Shown here in pieces: positions 13,211 to 26,030 of a DNA stretch of 64,000 nt. This stretch comes from the human T2T-CHM13v2.0 reference genome, Homo sapiens. The notes beneath the pieces were generated by a model. The model saw nothing but the letters and a program-made list of their open reading frames with translations. It did no database searches and had not been told where the DNA came from. The translations under genes were made by a program, and so were the position numbers. Location of the stretch: assembly GCF_009914755.1 (NCBI RefSeq), contig NC_060935.1. One strand, given 5' to 3'. The stretch's first letter is position 1. Each line of letters begins with the position of its first letter.

Positions 13211-13559
13211 TCAACTTCTACTGTCACTGCTTTTCAGCAAACTGATGGTTCTCTGCATGTACTCTGAGGCACAGTGCTCACTCCCACTGTTATGCCCTCC
13301 TTCAGGTGGCTTTCTTTCCCTTAAGCTACCACCTGGCCCTTTTGATCTCTCCAAATCCTGCCCATCCTTCAAGTCTACGCTTTAGCCCTCCCCACCACCC
13401 AATGTCTAAAGGGTCCTTTAAAGTTATCCTTTGAGAATAATTCAGCCCACACTTGCTACTTCCTTCTCTACTCCTAATGTACTTACAGACAACCTCTCAT
13501 TGTGGTCTTTCTTTATATAACAGTGTTTGTATCTTACTGTCCTAAGGTGAGTGGCCCAG

Positions 13560-13780
13560 TGTTTAGCAGCATGGTCTCTGGGGTTAGATAGTTAGGTTCA
13601 TATAGTTAACCTTAGGCTCCTGTTTAACCTCTGTCTCTGTGTCATTTTTCCTTATCTGTAAAATTAGGAAGACAATACAGTATCTACCACAAAGGGTCTT
13701 GTGAGGATTAATTGGGTTTATCTGCATAAAGCACTTAGAAAAGAATCTTGTTATACAGTAAGCACTTAATAAATGTCCAC
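13560..13780 (+). mobile_element. MIR
   Basis: cttatctgtaaaattagg...gtgaggattaaattggg...taaagcacttagaa...agtaagcacttaataaatg. Confidence 0.75.
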
Positions 13781-14250
13781 TGGCTTCATCAGTACCATTA
13801 CCGTTGAAAGCCTTTTAACAGCAAAAACTACAACTCTCACTGTGTCCACAGTAGTGGGCTTGTGGATGGAGCTCAGATATTTGTTGGGCTTTTGATCAAG
13901 GGACCATTCCAGTGAATCAGAAAGTTCCTGTGACCACTTAACATATTACACGCTTGCTTGTGTACTGCTCTTAGATGATATAAAAACAAATCAAATTCCC
14001 AAACCAAAAAGCTGCACTCTTTTGTCTGGGTAAATACAGCTATGACATGTCTATTTCCATGGTTTAGAATATCACCAGTGGGAATCTACTGTGGAAAATT
14101 GAGTACAACACTATCATCATATGATTTGTTTTGCTCATATTTGGCTGTGCCATTGGCTGCGGAGCCAGGCAGCGAACTCCACACAATGAGGAGCCTGTGA
14201 AAACGCAGAGAAGGCAAGAAAGGATGCAAACATTTAGTGAGTATCTACCT

Positions 14251-14663
14251 CAGTGGGTGTGTCAGAGTCAGTTGTATCAGCTTGTAAGAGATGATTGTTA
14301 AATTTGCAGGAGTTTTGTGAGCCAGTTATTAAACACCATCATTATAAAAAATATATACACTTTAATTAAATAAATTAAAGACAAAGGCAATAAATAATTA
14401 TACTCAAGTTGAGTATAAATACTCAACTAATTATTTTACTATTAACTACATTCTTGAGGCTACTTACATTTATTGCATCTGTGCAGTGAATATACTATAT
14501 AATTATATGCTATTTCCCATCTCTTGTGTTTGGCGATGTCACACTAATAGCTGGAAACTGGCCATGGGAGGAGTATTTACACCACAGATATTGGTAAATG
14601 CTTCAAATCAGTGCCTTTGATTCTTAGATGGTTGGTTGTTAAACATTTACTAGCACATCACTG
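14251..14663. mobile_element. MER63B-like hAT-Blackjack element
   Basis: cagtg...cactg termini; gattgttaaatttgcaggagttttgtgagccagttattaaacac; ggccatgggaggagtatttacaccacag. Confidence 0.8.
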
Positions 14664-14689
14664 ATATTATATACCAGGCATGGCAGTTG

Positions 14690-15330
14690 AATGTTTTTAG
14701 TTAAAGGAAACAAAGGACCACTCAAGTTATTTCAGCTAAAGTGAAGAGAGGCTTATGGCAAGGGTGTTTATTAAGAGGAACGGGATATAGAATATCTTGG
14801 AGATTCAAGAACAGGCCCTACCCCAAGGCCTTATTTTCAAGAATGTCATATAAATTAAATCATGTTGACTTTATTTTTTCCATTTTAAAAATAGCATTAT
14901 TAAGGTATAATTGATATAGGGTCACTCCAGTGGCCTCAGAACAAGGCCTTGAGGTCTGTGGCCTGGTTCACTGCTGTTCTCACAGTACCTGCTTCTTTCT
15001 GTCCTGGTCTCAGTGGGCTTCTTTCCCTTTTACTCTGCATTGTTTCTCTGTTATAGCTTCTACTTCCTTCCTTTTTCCCATATCTTTGGCTTGTATTGAT
15101 GAATCATAGCCATTACAGCATTTCATTATTTGCTCCCATTGAAGGCTGTGTTATTCTCTTCATTTGGTTGCATTATTTCTGAGAGAGAAAATCTAATTGA
15201 TCCAACTCATTTTTTTTTTCTTGCAGGGCAGCATCTGATGGTAGCTGGCTTGTGGTTTACCTGGCCTTTGGTTAGATAACTGTGCCTGATCCCTATGGCC
15301 AGGAAGGAAGGTAGGGTCATGTACTACAAA
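14690..15330. mobile_element. Highly diverged old MaLR (MLT1-like) remnant
   Basis: tttagttaaaggaaacaaaggaccactcaagt...gagaaaatctaattg...gggtcatgtactacaaa; weak resemblance only. Confidence 0.4.
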
Positions 15331-15481
15331 TTTTGACCTTGTACATGAGGAATATAAAGACAAATTAGCCACTGCCAGAATGACTAAAATTAAAAAGACT
15401 GACAAGGATGGTGAGGATTTGACACATTGCTCCAAATTTCAGACAGTGCTAATGAAAATGAAGATCTGTACAACAAAAGTA

Positions 15482-17850
15482 CAGGCCTACCTCAGAGATA
15501 TTGGAGTGTTCAGTTCCAGACCACGCAATAAAGTGAATATCACAATGAAGTGAGTCACACAATTTTTTTGGTTTCCCAGTGCATATAAAAGTTATGTTTA
15601 CACTATACTGTTGTCTACTAAGTGTGCAATAGCATTATGTCTAACACATGTACTTAATTTAAAAATACTTCATTGATGACAAATGCTAACAATCATCTGA
15701 ACCATCAATGAGTTGTAATCATTTTGCTGGTGGAGGTTTTGCCTTGACATTGATGGCTGCTGACTTGATCAGGGTGGTGGTTGCTGTAGGCTGAGGTGGC
15801 TGTGGTAATTTCTTAAAATAAGGACAACATTGAGGTTTGCCATATTCATGGACTCTTTCACAAAAGATTTCTCTGTTGCACGTGATGCTGTTTGGTAGCA
15901 TTTTACCCACAGTAGACTTCTTTCAAAATTAGAATCAATCGTCTCAAACTTTGCTATTGTTTTATTAACTAAGCTCACATAATATTCTGAATCCTTTGCT
16001 GGAATTTCAAAAATATGCACAACATCTTCACCAGGAATAGATTCCATCTCAAGGAACAACTTTCTTTGCACATCCATGAGAAGCAACTCCTCATCTGTTC
16101 AAGTTTTGTCATAAAGTTGCAATAATTCAGTCACATCTTCAGAATCTACTTCTAATTCTCTTGCCATTTTCACCACATCTGCAGTTACCTCCTTCACTGC
16201 AGTCTTGAACTCTAAAGTTAATGATCTCAAAGTCATCCATGAGGGTTGCAATCAACTTCTTTCAAACTCCCGTTAATATTAATATTTTGACCTCCTTTCA
16301 TGGATCAAGAATGTTCCTGAAGACATCTAGAATCCTTTGCAGAAGGTTTTCAATTAACTTTGTCCAGATCTATCAGAGGGATCACTATACATGGCAGCTA
16401 TAGCCTTGTGAAATACATTTCTGAAATAATACTTGAAAATTCAAATTTACTCCTTGATCCATAAGCTGCAGAAGGGATGCTGTCTTCGCAGGCATGAAAA
16501 CAACATTTATTTTCTTGTACATCTCCATTGGGCTCTTGGGTGACCAGGTGCCTTGTCAATGAACAATAATATTTTGAAAGGAATCTTTTTTTTTCTGAGC
16601 AGTAGGTCTCATCAGTGGCCTTAATCATTCAGTAAACCATGCTATAAACAGGTGTGCTGTCATCTAGACTTTGTTATTTCATTTATAGAGCACAGGCAGA
16701 GTAGATTGAGCATAATTTTTAAGTGCCCTAGGATTTTTGGAGTGGTAAATGAGCATTAAAGTCACCAGCCTCATTAGCCTCTCAAAAGAGAATCAGCCTG
16801 TCCTTTGAAGCATTGAAGCCAGGCATTGACTTCTCTCTAGCTATGAAAGTCCTAGATGGCATCTTCTTCTAACTGAAGGCTATTTAGTCTACACTGAAAA
16901 TCTGTTGTTTAGTGTATTCACCTTCATCAAACATTTTAGCTACATCTTCTAGATATCTTGCTGCAGCTTCTCCATCAGCACTTGCTGCTTCACCTTGCAC
17001 TTTTATGTTACGGAGATGGCTTCATTCCCTAAATGCCATGAACCAATCTCTGCTAGTTTCAAACTTTTCCTGTGCAGCTTCCTCACCTCACTTAGTCTTC
17101 ATAGAATTGGAGAATTAGAGCCTTGCTCTGGATTAGGCTTTCGCCTAAGAAACTGTTGTGATTGGTTTATCTTTCCAGACCACTAGAACGTTCTCCATAT
17201 CACAAAAGGCTGTTTCACTTTCTTATCATTCATGTATTCACTGGAGTAGCACTTGAAATTTCCTTCAAGAACTTTCCCTTTGCATTCACAACTTGGCTGT
17301 TTGGTTCAGGGGGCCTAGCTTTTGGCATATCTCAGATTTTGACAGGTCTTCTTCACTAAGCTTAATCATTTCTAGCTTAAAGGGAGAGATGTGTGACTTT
17401 TCCTTTTACTTGCCACTTAGAGGCTATTGTGGAGTTATTAATTGGGCTACGTTCAATATTGTTGTGTCTCAGGAAATAGAGAAGCCTGAGGAGACGGAGA
17501 GAGATGGGGGAACAGCTGGTTGGTGGAGCAGTCAGCACACACACAACGTTTATTGATTATCTTCACATTTTTGTATGGGTGCGGTTGTGGTGCCCTGAAA
17601 CAAATACAATAGCAACATCAAAGGTCACTGATCACAGACTACCATAACAGGTATAATAGCAATGAAGAACTTTGAAATATTGCAAGGATTACCAAAATGT
17701 GACACAGAGACATGAAGTAAGCACACGCTGTTGGAAAAATGGTACCAATAGGCTTGCTTGATGCAAGGTTGCCACAAACCTTCAATTTGTAAAATATGCG
17801 ATAACTGCAAAGTACAATAAAATGTAGCACAATAAAACAAGATATGCCCA
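15482..17850 (-). mobile_element. Near full-length Tigger1 (TcMar-Tigger) DNA transposon
   Basis: ~2.37 kb; TIR-like ends caggcctacctc / aagatatgccca flanked by TA at 15480-81 and 17851-52; internal sequence matches Tigger1. Confidence 0.93.
15719..17400 (-). pseudogene. Disrupted Tigger1 (pogo-like DDE) transposase coding remnant
   Basis: ORF pieces LLMDVQRKLFLEMESIPGEDVV...FETIDSNFERS and GKMLPNSITCNREIF...YFKKLPQPPQP match the Tigger1/TIGD1-like C-terminus; frameshifts and stops present. Confidence 0.85.
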
Positions 17851-18318
17851 TAGTTAAGTTCTACAAATAACTATTCAGCAGTATCTACTAAATCTGGCTG
17901 TATACCTGCCCCGTGATCCTATTCCTATAAATATCCAAAAGAAATGTGTGCTTTCTTCGATGGCAGGATAAGTGCAAGAATTTTCCTAGCAGCACTAGTT
18001 GTAATAGTTCCAAACTGGAAACTCCCCAGAGTCCATCCAGTAAAATGATGGATAAATGTCAAAAATATTATGCTGTGTGAGAGAGGCCATATTCGAAAGA
18101 ATATATCTATTCAAGAGCAGGTAAAATTCATTAACGTCAAAAGAATCAGAATAGCAGCCACTCTTACAGGAGGTATTGACTGGGAGGGGGCATTAAAGAA
18201 CCTTCTGGGGTTCAGGAAATGCTTTATCTCTTGACTTGGGTGGTAGTTTCCCAGAAGTAAACACTTGTAAACAGTCTTTGATATATACTTAAGATATGGG
18301 CACTTTACTATATATCTG

Positions 18319-18749
18319 TGTGTTAGTCCATTTTTGCATCACTCTAAAGGAACACCTGAGATTGGGTAATTTATAAAGAAAAGAGGTTTAATTGGCTCAC
18401 GGTTCTATAGGCTATACAGGAAGCATGGTGCTGGCATCTGCTTCTGGGAAGGCCTCAGGAAGCTGACAGTCATGGGAGAAGGTGAAGGGGGAGCAGGCAC
18501 ATCACATGGCCAGAGAGGGAACGAGAGAGAGAGAGAGAGAGAAGGGGGAGGTCCCAGGCTCTTTTAAACAACCAGATATCGTGTGAACTAACTGAGCGAG
18601 AACTCACTCATCACCAAGGGGATGGTGCTGAGCCGTTCATGAGGGATCTGCCCCCACGATGTAATCATCTCCCACCAGGCCCCCACTCCAATATTGGGGG
18701 TTATATTTCAACATGAGATTCAAAGGGGACAAACATCCAAACCATAGCA
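18319..18749 (-). mobile_element. MSTA-like MaLR solo LTR
   Basis: tgtgttagtcc...gggtaatttataaagaaaagaggtttaattggctcac...aggggacaaacatccaaaccatagca. Confidence 0.9.
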
Positions 18750-19145
18750 GTAAGTCAAACCTCAATAAAAAGTAAATTACGATAAAAAGAAGAATGAATT
18801 ATGATTATTGTCCCCAAGAAGTTTATAGCCTTCTAGTAGGGGTGATTGACATTGAGAACACAGAAGTGTAGTTGAGAAAAGTAACTGCTCATTAAAACAT
18901 GCATAAAGCATCATGTCATGTGACTCAAAGGTTGGAGCAACTGATTCTGCCTCTAAAAAAGAAAGAAATTCTTATTTATTAAGTCTCTAGTATGTGCCAG
19001 GTGCTTTAAATTACCTCATACTCTTCTTACAGTATATGAAAAGAAATTTGACTGGGCTTTTGAGTGATACTTTTGAGTATGGCAACGTAATGAAAATAAT
19101 TGTATCAGAATTGTGGAACCATTTATGATAAAACCCTTTCATAAC

Positions 19146-19480
19146 TGTGATTTGCTTCTGGAGGCTGCTTCAACAAATTATCATGAACTTGGTGGCTTAA
19201 TGCAAGAGAAATTTATTCTCTCAGGGTTCTGGAGGCCAGACTTCCAAACTCCAGCAGGTCTAATCTTTGCCTTTGTTGTCATTTTGCCTCCTCTGTGTGT
19301 CCCGTATTCTATGTATCTGTCTTATAAGGATTCTTGTGATGGCATTTAGGGCCTACCCAGATAATCTAGAATTATCTCCTCATCTCAAGGTCCTTAACTT
19401 AATCACACGTGCAAGGACCCTTTCCCCAAATAAGCTAATGAGCACAGATTCTAGGGATTTGCGGTAGATATTGGTCTACC
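19146..19480 (-). mobile_element. MLT1 (A/B/C-like) LTR fragment
   Basis: aacaaattatcatgaacttggtggctta...gaaatttattctctcagggttctggaggccag...ccttaacttaatcaca. Confidence 0.8.
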
Positions 19481-19775
19481 ATGGATGGTTTAATAGATTA
19501 ATAATATGAGCATGTTTATTTTAAAATGAGTAAGTGTTTGCCAGGCAAAGAGGGAAGGGAAGCCTCTTACAGAGAAGAATTCCTGAAATGTGTTCCATGA
19601 GGATTATAAGATATTTCACTGCATACTTGCTCCTGGCCTCAAACCCCTTATTTATAGGAGTAACGTGGTCATGCATGCATGCAGGCACACATGTAGATTT
19701 GGTTTCAGCTGAATTTTGGACTAGTCTTCAATTTCCTGGAGCTCTCCTGAAGCCACCTTGTAGCCCACCATTTTC

Positions 19776-20077
19776 CCATTTTCTTTTCTTTGTTTTGAGA
19801 CGGAGTCTCTCTCTTTCGCCCAGGCTGGAGTGCAGTGGCGTGATCTCGGCTCACTGCAAGCTCCGCCTCCTGGGTTCATGCCATTCTCCTGCCTCAGCCT
19901 CCTGAGTAGCTGGTTCTACAGGTGCCTGCCACCACGCCCGGCTAATTTTTTGTATTTTTAGTAGAGACGGGGTTTCACTGTGTTAGCCAGGATGGTCTTG
20001 ATCTCCTGACCTTGTGATCCGCCCGTCTCAGCCTCCCAAAGTGCTGAGATTACAGGTGTGAGCCACCGCGCCCGGCC
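19776..20077 (-). mobile_element. AluY
   Basis: gcaagctccgcc, ccattctcctgcc, gttagccaggatgg diagnostics; TSD AGCCCACCATTTTC on both sides. Confidence 0.93.
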
Positions 20078-20311
20078 AGCAGCCCACCATTTTCAAACCA
20101 CAATGTGCCTCTCCAAAGGAAATGGGTTTTGAACTATTAATGTGTGTCCTGGACCTTGTTTAGCTACAATCTCTTTTCAAACAAAAGCACATTATGTACA
20201 ACTGATAGAAGGGCAGCTGCCTTGGCTAAAGCCTGAAGTGCCATTCCTCTCTCTTAATGTCCTGGTCCCTTCTCCAAAGTGCCCATTTGAAAAACCATTA
20301 TTGTCTTAGAT

Positions 20312-20637
20312 CAGGGGTTGGCAAACGTTTCCAGTAATGAGCCAGATAGTAAATATTTAGGGCTTTCCAGTTCATATAGTCTCTGTTGCAACTATTCAAG
20401 TCTGCTGTTGTAGTACAAAAAGCAGCTATAAACAATACAAAAATGAATGGGCATGGCTGAGTTCCAGTAAAACTTTATGGATAGTGAACTTTGAATTTCA
20501 CATACATTTTACATCATGAATTTTTTTTTAAATGTTTTCAACCATTTAAAGATGTAAAACTTATTCTTAGCTTGAGGGCTGTACAAAAACAGACAGTGGG
20601 CTGGATTCAGTCTGCAGACTATAGTTTGCCAGTTCCT
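20312..20637. mobile_element. MER58B-like hAT-Charlie MITE
   Basis: caggggttggcaaac...gccagatagtaaatattt...tagtttgccagttcct. Confidence 0.85.
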
Positions 20638-21961
20638 CTCTTGGGTAACAGCATCTGACTTGTGGAACTTTTAAGATTCAAAATCTCAGCACTTCAGCAT
20701 TGGAAAGGGCCTCAAAGGCTACTAGTCCTTAATTCCCACCATAACATCCGATTCCTATGCAGTGCTTCCGATATTGTCATCCAATGCCTCCTTGGTTGCC
20801 TACAGCTGCAGGGAACACCACGTCCTGAGCCAGCTCCCCCCAGGCTGTGCCGATTGCTAGAGTTCTTCCCATGCAGAGCGGCACCTGTCTCCACTGACAG
20901 CGTCTACAGGATACAGTCAGAACGGTGAAGCACAATATTAACACATCAGGTTAATTTCATGCTCTACTTGTCCTAGGCTGATATTAACGAAAATTAAATT
21001 TTGTGCTAATCAGCCTTAGCGTTCAGCATGCATGACACAAATTTGTGATTTCTGGCAAGGGTGGTTAAATCATATTTATGCTATTTGTGTGGTGCCCGAA
21101 TAACAGGGAAATACTATTACCAACAATTAAACTTCCAGGTTGACAGATGTCCCCTTGAGCAGACATAGCTGAGTGCAAATGGAGATTTTTTTCTTAGCAA
21201 GTTGAAGGCAGAAAGGACATAAACCAGGGAGCTGCAGTTAATTTTCAATTTCCTCCTTCCCTTTGGATGGCTAATTTTGAATGTTTGACCAATGCAAATG
21301 ACTTTACCCTGTGCCCTGCTTCTGTTTCCTCCTTTTTTCTAGCTTTGAAAAGTAAAATTTCTACAAACAAGAAGGAATATTTTCTTCTTTCCAGGAATCT
21401 CTGGGATACCTAAATAGCATTCTTCCTAGTTGCAGGTAGCTTATTGTGTGAGGGCAGTTGACTAGGAATTTAAAGAAGGGTGGTACTCCCTAGTGATTTG
21501 CAGAGCGGGAAAAATAAGAGTTGGAAGGGTGAAACTAGTCTGACTCCACGTGTATTTTCCTCTGCAAGAGAGAGATGCTTGCCCTACCTTGTGGTCACAG
21601 CATCTTGCGTTTTCTCTGTGCTTTCCTTGTGATTAGTCAGTTGCTCGCAGATGGGCTGTGTAAATGCAGTCCCATAGGTTTTATTTCCTGGAGAAGGGAA
21701 GAGCCACTCAGTCCCCCGGCTCCAGATGGATCTCTCTCCACGGTCCCCCATGCTTCATCTTCATCCACAAGGAGGCACCAGGGGAACTGAAAGTCTGTAG
21801 GATCTTGGGCACATATTTTATCTAAGACCCACCGAGTATCCTCAGAGTCAGGCTCTTGTGGGGATCTTCCGCTCTGAAGAGGATTGTGTTCTTCTGTTTA
21901 CTAGGCTTCAGGATCAGTTCTGGGCATAGGGACAAGTAAGGCCTTACATGTCTTCTGTCTG

Positions 21962-22074
21962 TAGGGTGACCAACTGTCCCAATTTGCTTGGAACTGAGGG
22001 ATTTTCTGGGATGTGGGACTTTGAGTGCTGAAATAGAAACAGTCGCAGGCTGAGTGAGACTGTTAGTAAACCTA
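21962..22074. mobile_element. MER81-like hAT-Blackjack MITE
   Basis: tagggtgaccaactgtccc...gggactttgagtgctgaaa...aaccta; 113 bp. Confidence 0.8.
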
Positions 22075-23379
22075 CCTGTAAGGACTGATGGGACAAGACA
22101 GGTGGTCCTAGGCCATGGCCTGGTAAGTTGCTAATGGTCCCCTAGGATATTTTGGTGATTGCTTCCAGATTTTGGTGAATCCACCTCATGAGTCTCTCAG
22201 AGCCCAGATCTGTTCCTTTCTTCTTAATTATCCGTGTGCCTAATTCTCTCGCACAGGAGCTGAAGAATTCACATTTGGGCTGATGGGCCTGGGGTAGGGA
22301 TGACCAACAGACCACATGCTTCTTGTCTCTTCTACTCCCTGATCCTCTGATAGACAGGGCTAAGTGATCATCCACTCCTTCCACCCTCCAGCCTCCGAGT
22401 GGGCCACTTTTCAAGCATGGAATTCCAGGTGGGTGCTTCCAATAAGTTGGCACAATAGATAATACTTACTTGCTGTCAGGCTCAGACATTGCTCCAGAAG
22501 CAGATATGATCCAAGGGACCATTGCAGATAGAAACCCATGTGCAGAAAGTAAGGCTTAGCCAATGAAGTACCTCAGGCATCAGGCCAGGCAGAGAGCCTG
22601 AGGACTGCAGAATCCAGGAGCTATACACATAGGATAAGGCCAGCTGAATCTGGATTGGCCCAGGACAGAGCCTGGTTTCCAGGAGGCTATTCATATTGGA
22701 TGCTGGCCCTGCACAAAGAGGACATGTAAGCTGGCTTCAAGGTGCTTAGTCAGGCGGGACATCTGGTACTAACTAGATTTGAGCTATGCCCTTTCTGAGT
22801 TGCCCTGGCTAAGCATCCAGCCAAGGGGCAGCCAAACAAGCCCCTCTGCCCACTCCTCACTCTTCCTACTCTCACCTGAGTGGGTCCAGTCTCATGACAA
22901 CAAAGGAATGATGCTCACATGCATAGGATGCTACTGTGGGTATGTCCAGGTCTGGAGTGTGGGGGTGAGTCAGCCAGCTGAGACTGGTAAGGCAACACTG
23001 GTTGCTAAAACAGTAAAGTGCTGTAACTTCTGTTGGTTAAAGAGCCAGTGCCCTGAGCCCCTGGAGGTCCCCACCCCTCCCACTCCACCTATTGCCTTGG
23101 CCACCTGCCCTTTCATTCCAAGACTTGCTCTTCACCATCCAGCAATTGAAGGGGTCATGCCTGGCACAGAGGCATCTCCAGGACTCCTCTGTTGGTTCTG
23201 ATTTAGAGTATCGGCACTTTCCAGTATGGTGTGCTGTTCCTAAAGCCCTGGCTGTAACTTCTCCTTGTTTCTCCTATCCAGGAAGGCACATCAGAATGCC
23301 TGTGATAAATATTAAGTATTTCATGTTTGTATATAGAGCCATTTTTACATTTGCCCCTTTATTAGTAGTAGCAAATAAT

Positions 23380-23520
23380 AATATGAACTGACACATTTGT
23401 AATGTTTTAGACACTTAACATGTGTTAACTTGTTTAATCCTCAAAGCAGCCCTGTGAGCTAAGTACTATTATTATACTCATTTTACAGATGAGGAGACTG
23501 AGTTATGGAGAACTTATCTA
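23380..23520 (-). mobile_element. MIR
   Basis: tttaatcctcaaagcagccctgtgag...cattttacagatgaggagactgag. Confidence 0.8.
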
Positions 23521-24671
23521 ATTATATAATTAGCCTAAGCTAACACTGCAAGTTAGCAATAAGTAGAAGTCTCCCAGGGCCCTCCCATGCCCTCACAAAG
23601 CACGAAAAGCAATAGAATGTGGTCTTGTGGATTAGGAAACGGAGACTCAGCAGGCCATGGGTCAAGGTGACTAGAGCAGCCCTTCGTGTGAACTAATGCC
23701 TGGAGACCAGACAGTCCAGGACAGCTCTGTGAATGACAAGGGGACAGGTGATGATCAAGAACAGATTCCCCCTCCCTCCTCCATGCCTTGGCAACCTCAA
23801 ACAGAATAAAACAAAATGACCACCACAAGAGAGGAGAGATAGTGAAACACCGGACTGAATAATATCGTATTAAATTGTCTGAGATTAGATTTCTCCCTGC
23901 TGTTATACAAAAATACAGGTTACATTTCTTGCAACCATTTCTACTTAACTTTCCTTTCTCTGCTGGGTTCTGGGAGGGAAACTTCAGTCAGACTTGTCAC
24001 CTGCCCAGGCTTTACCCAGGAAGTGAGCCTCAGTCTCATCTGCTCTCAAATGCCTAACTTATCCTGCCCCGGGGCCTGGCTGGACCAGGGGTTGGGGGAG
24101 TGAACAGTGTGCAGGCCTCCTCCTCAGGGGCCTCCCTGCATTGGAGATCATTGATTTGCTTGTTCCTCCTCCTCTCGCAACAGCACCTGCAGTTCTTATT
24201 TCGTGGGGAGTGGTAAGGAGTGGTTCAGACTGGTCACGGTTTCTTCCAGGTCTGTTGTTTACAGCATCAACTTCATCCCCAGGCTGCTTGCAGGACTCAG
24301 GCAACTGAAGCTCAAAAGCCCAGGTCTTGTAGCTCAAGAGTCTGGAAAGGTTTGCAACCTTAAATTCCAAGGGTTTGGCTGTACAGCTCTCCTCTGTTCT
24401 GCTGTAATCACCCAATCAGGAGGCAACAGGTGCTTCATGGTCCAGTTTAGCAGCTTTAAGAGATACTGGAGGAAAATACATCACTTAATATCATCCAAGT
24501 ACGCACCTATTTGCCATTCCTAGGTGACTCAGCCTGGGCAATATTCCCGCCTACCAGCAATCTTTTCAGCTCCCTCAGTAAAATACCAACACACCCTGTG
24601 GCTCAGTGATGCATTGAAGTCCCAATTTAGTGATACCTTATTTACAGATTTTCTAAATAAAATTGCTAATA

Positions 24672-24974
24672 CAGTCAACCCTTCATATTCACAGGTTCTG
24701 CACCCTCGGATTCAACCAACCAAGGATTGAAACTATTTGAAGGAAAAGAACAATAATAATACAAATAAAAGCCAATAACAATATAACAACTATTTATGTA
24801 GCATTTACATTGTATTAGATATTATAAATAATCTAGAGATGATTTAACGCACATGAGAGCATATGCATAGGTTATATGCAAATAGTATGTCATTTTATAT
24901 AAGGGAGTTGAGCATCCACAGATTTGGGTTTCTGCAGGGAGCCCTGGAATCCTGTGGATACCGAGGGACGATTG
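24672..24974. mobile_element. Tigger3a/MER7A-like MITE
   Basis: TA-flanked cagtcaacccttc...gagggacgattg; ggattcaaccaacc; gcataggttatatgcaaat. Confidence 0.85.
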
Positions 24975-25839
24975 TACATTTTGAGAACCGAAGCCCGGTG
25001 CTACCCTGTTGCAGCGATGAAGTATCCAGGTCACCTGGAGAAAGCTGACATAAGAGCAGGCACACAGCAGGAAGCTTTGATCCTCATCTTCTCTCTGGCT
25101 GCAGCCCTCAGCTCTTGTGCACCAACTCTGACCAATGACTAGGACTGGCTGCTCGGAGTACAGCTGTATTGAGAAAGATTCTGAGGCTGGGTCTGCATTC
25201 AGCAGGAAAAAAAATGAAGTAATTGTTTGGTAATGCCTGACATAGGCCTAAGAATGGGGGAAACGGTAACCCTCCTGCCAGGTTTTGTAGAATTTTCTCT
25301 AATTCATTTTCTTTAGAGATACGGTAAGGACCCGCCCCCACCCAAATGGGTAAAAGGCAAAGCCTGGTTTCCATTTTTTTGTAAAGCCTCAGATCACAGG
25401 GGCACCTGAGCCATTAGTGTCCCAATGGCAGGGCAAGGCAGGCATGTCTATAAATCTCCAGTTTTTTGTTTGCTTATTTTCTTCTTTAAACTGCTTACAA
25501 TTTCTCCTCTTTCATCCTCATTTCCACAGGAGGTGTAACACTATGGACGAGTGGGCAACTGGCTCTTCAGGCTTGGAACCAAGAGGGGGCAGCAGAGAGC
25601 AGAGAAGAATTGGTTGGCTTGGGCTGACCCAGACCTAGGAAAACTTCCAATCTTCTTCTTCCCTCAAAACCGAATCCTTGTGGACTCACTCTTGAGACTA
25701 TTGTCCACACAAGTGGTGTGGTCCAAGGCCACAGCAAGAAAGGTCTGAGGGAGTTCTTTGGGGTTCAGGCGGAGAAAAGCCTGTGCTGGATGCCAGGCTG
25801 CTCTGAGAACAGGAAGGAAGATAATAATGTTAACAGCAA

Positions 25840-26030
25840 CAGTTACAATTACCCAGCCCCTGTAGGGTGCCAGGCCCTCTGCCAAGGTGCTTTCTTTTCA
25901 TTCTCTCAAAGACTGCTTGAGGTGGGGAAACCCCCAGTTTACAGATGAGAAAACAGGGTCCCAGAGTGGTTAAATACCTTGCCCATGATCACCTGACTAA
26001 GGGAGGGCCAAGCCACATTTTAGACTCTTG
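25840..26030 (-). mobile_element. MIR
   Basis: ccagtttacagatgagaaaacagggtcccagagtggttaaataccttgccca. Confidence 0.7.

Larger units (their letters stand above)
15360..18790 (+). mobile_element. Old L1ME-like 3' fragment split by Tigger1 and MSTA insertions
   Basis: cagaatgactaaaattaaaaagactgaca before Tigger1; caaactggaaactccccag...ttctggggttcaggaaatgc...cctcaataaaaag after it. Confidence 0.65.

Noticed and set aside
15769-16086. Possible domesticated TIGD-like gene
   Set aside because: Short fragment of a transposase broken by stops and frameshifts
21763-21782. CTCF-like CCACAAGGAGGCAC (similar at ~416)
   Set aside because: Mismatch at a core position; cannot be supported without ChIP data
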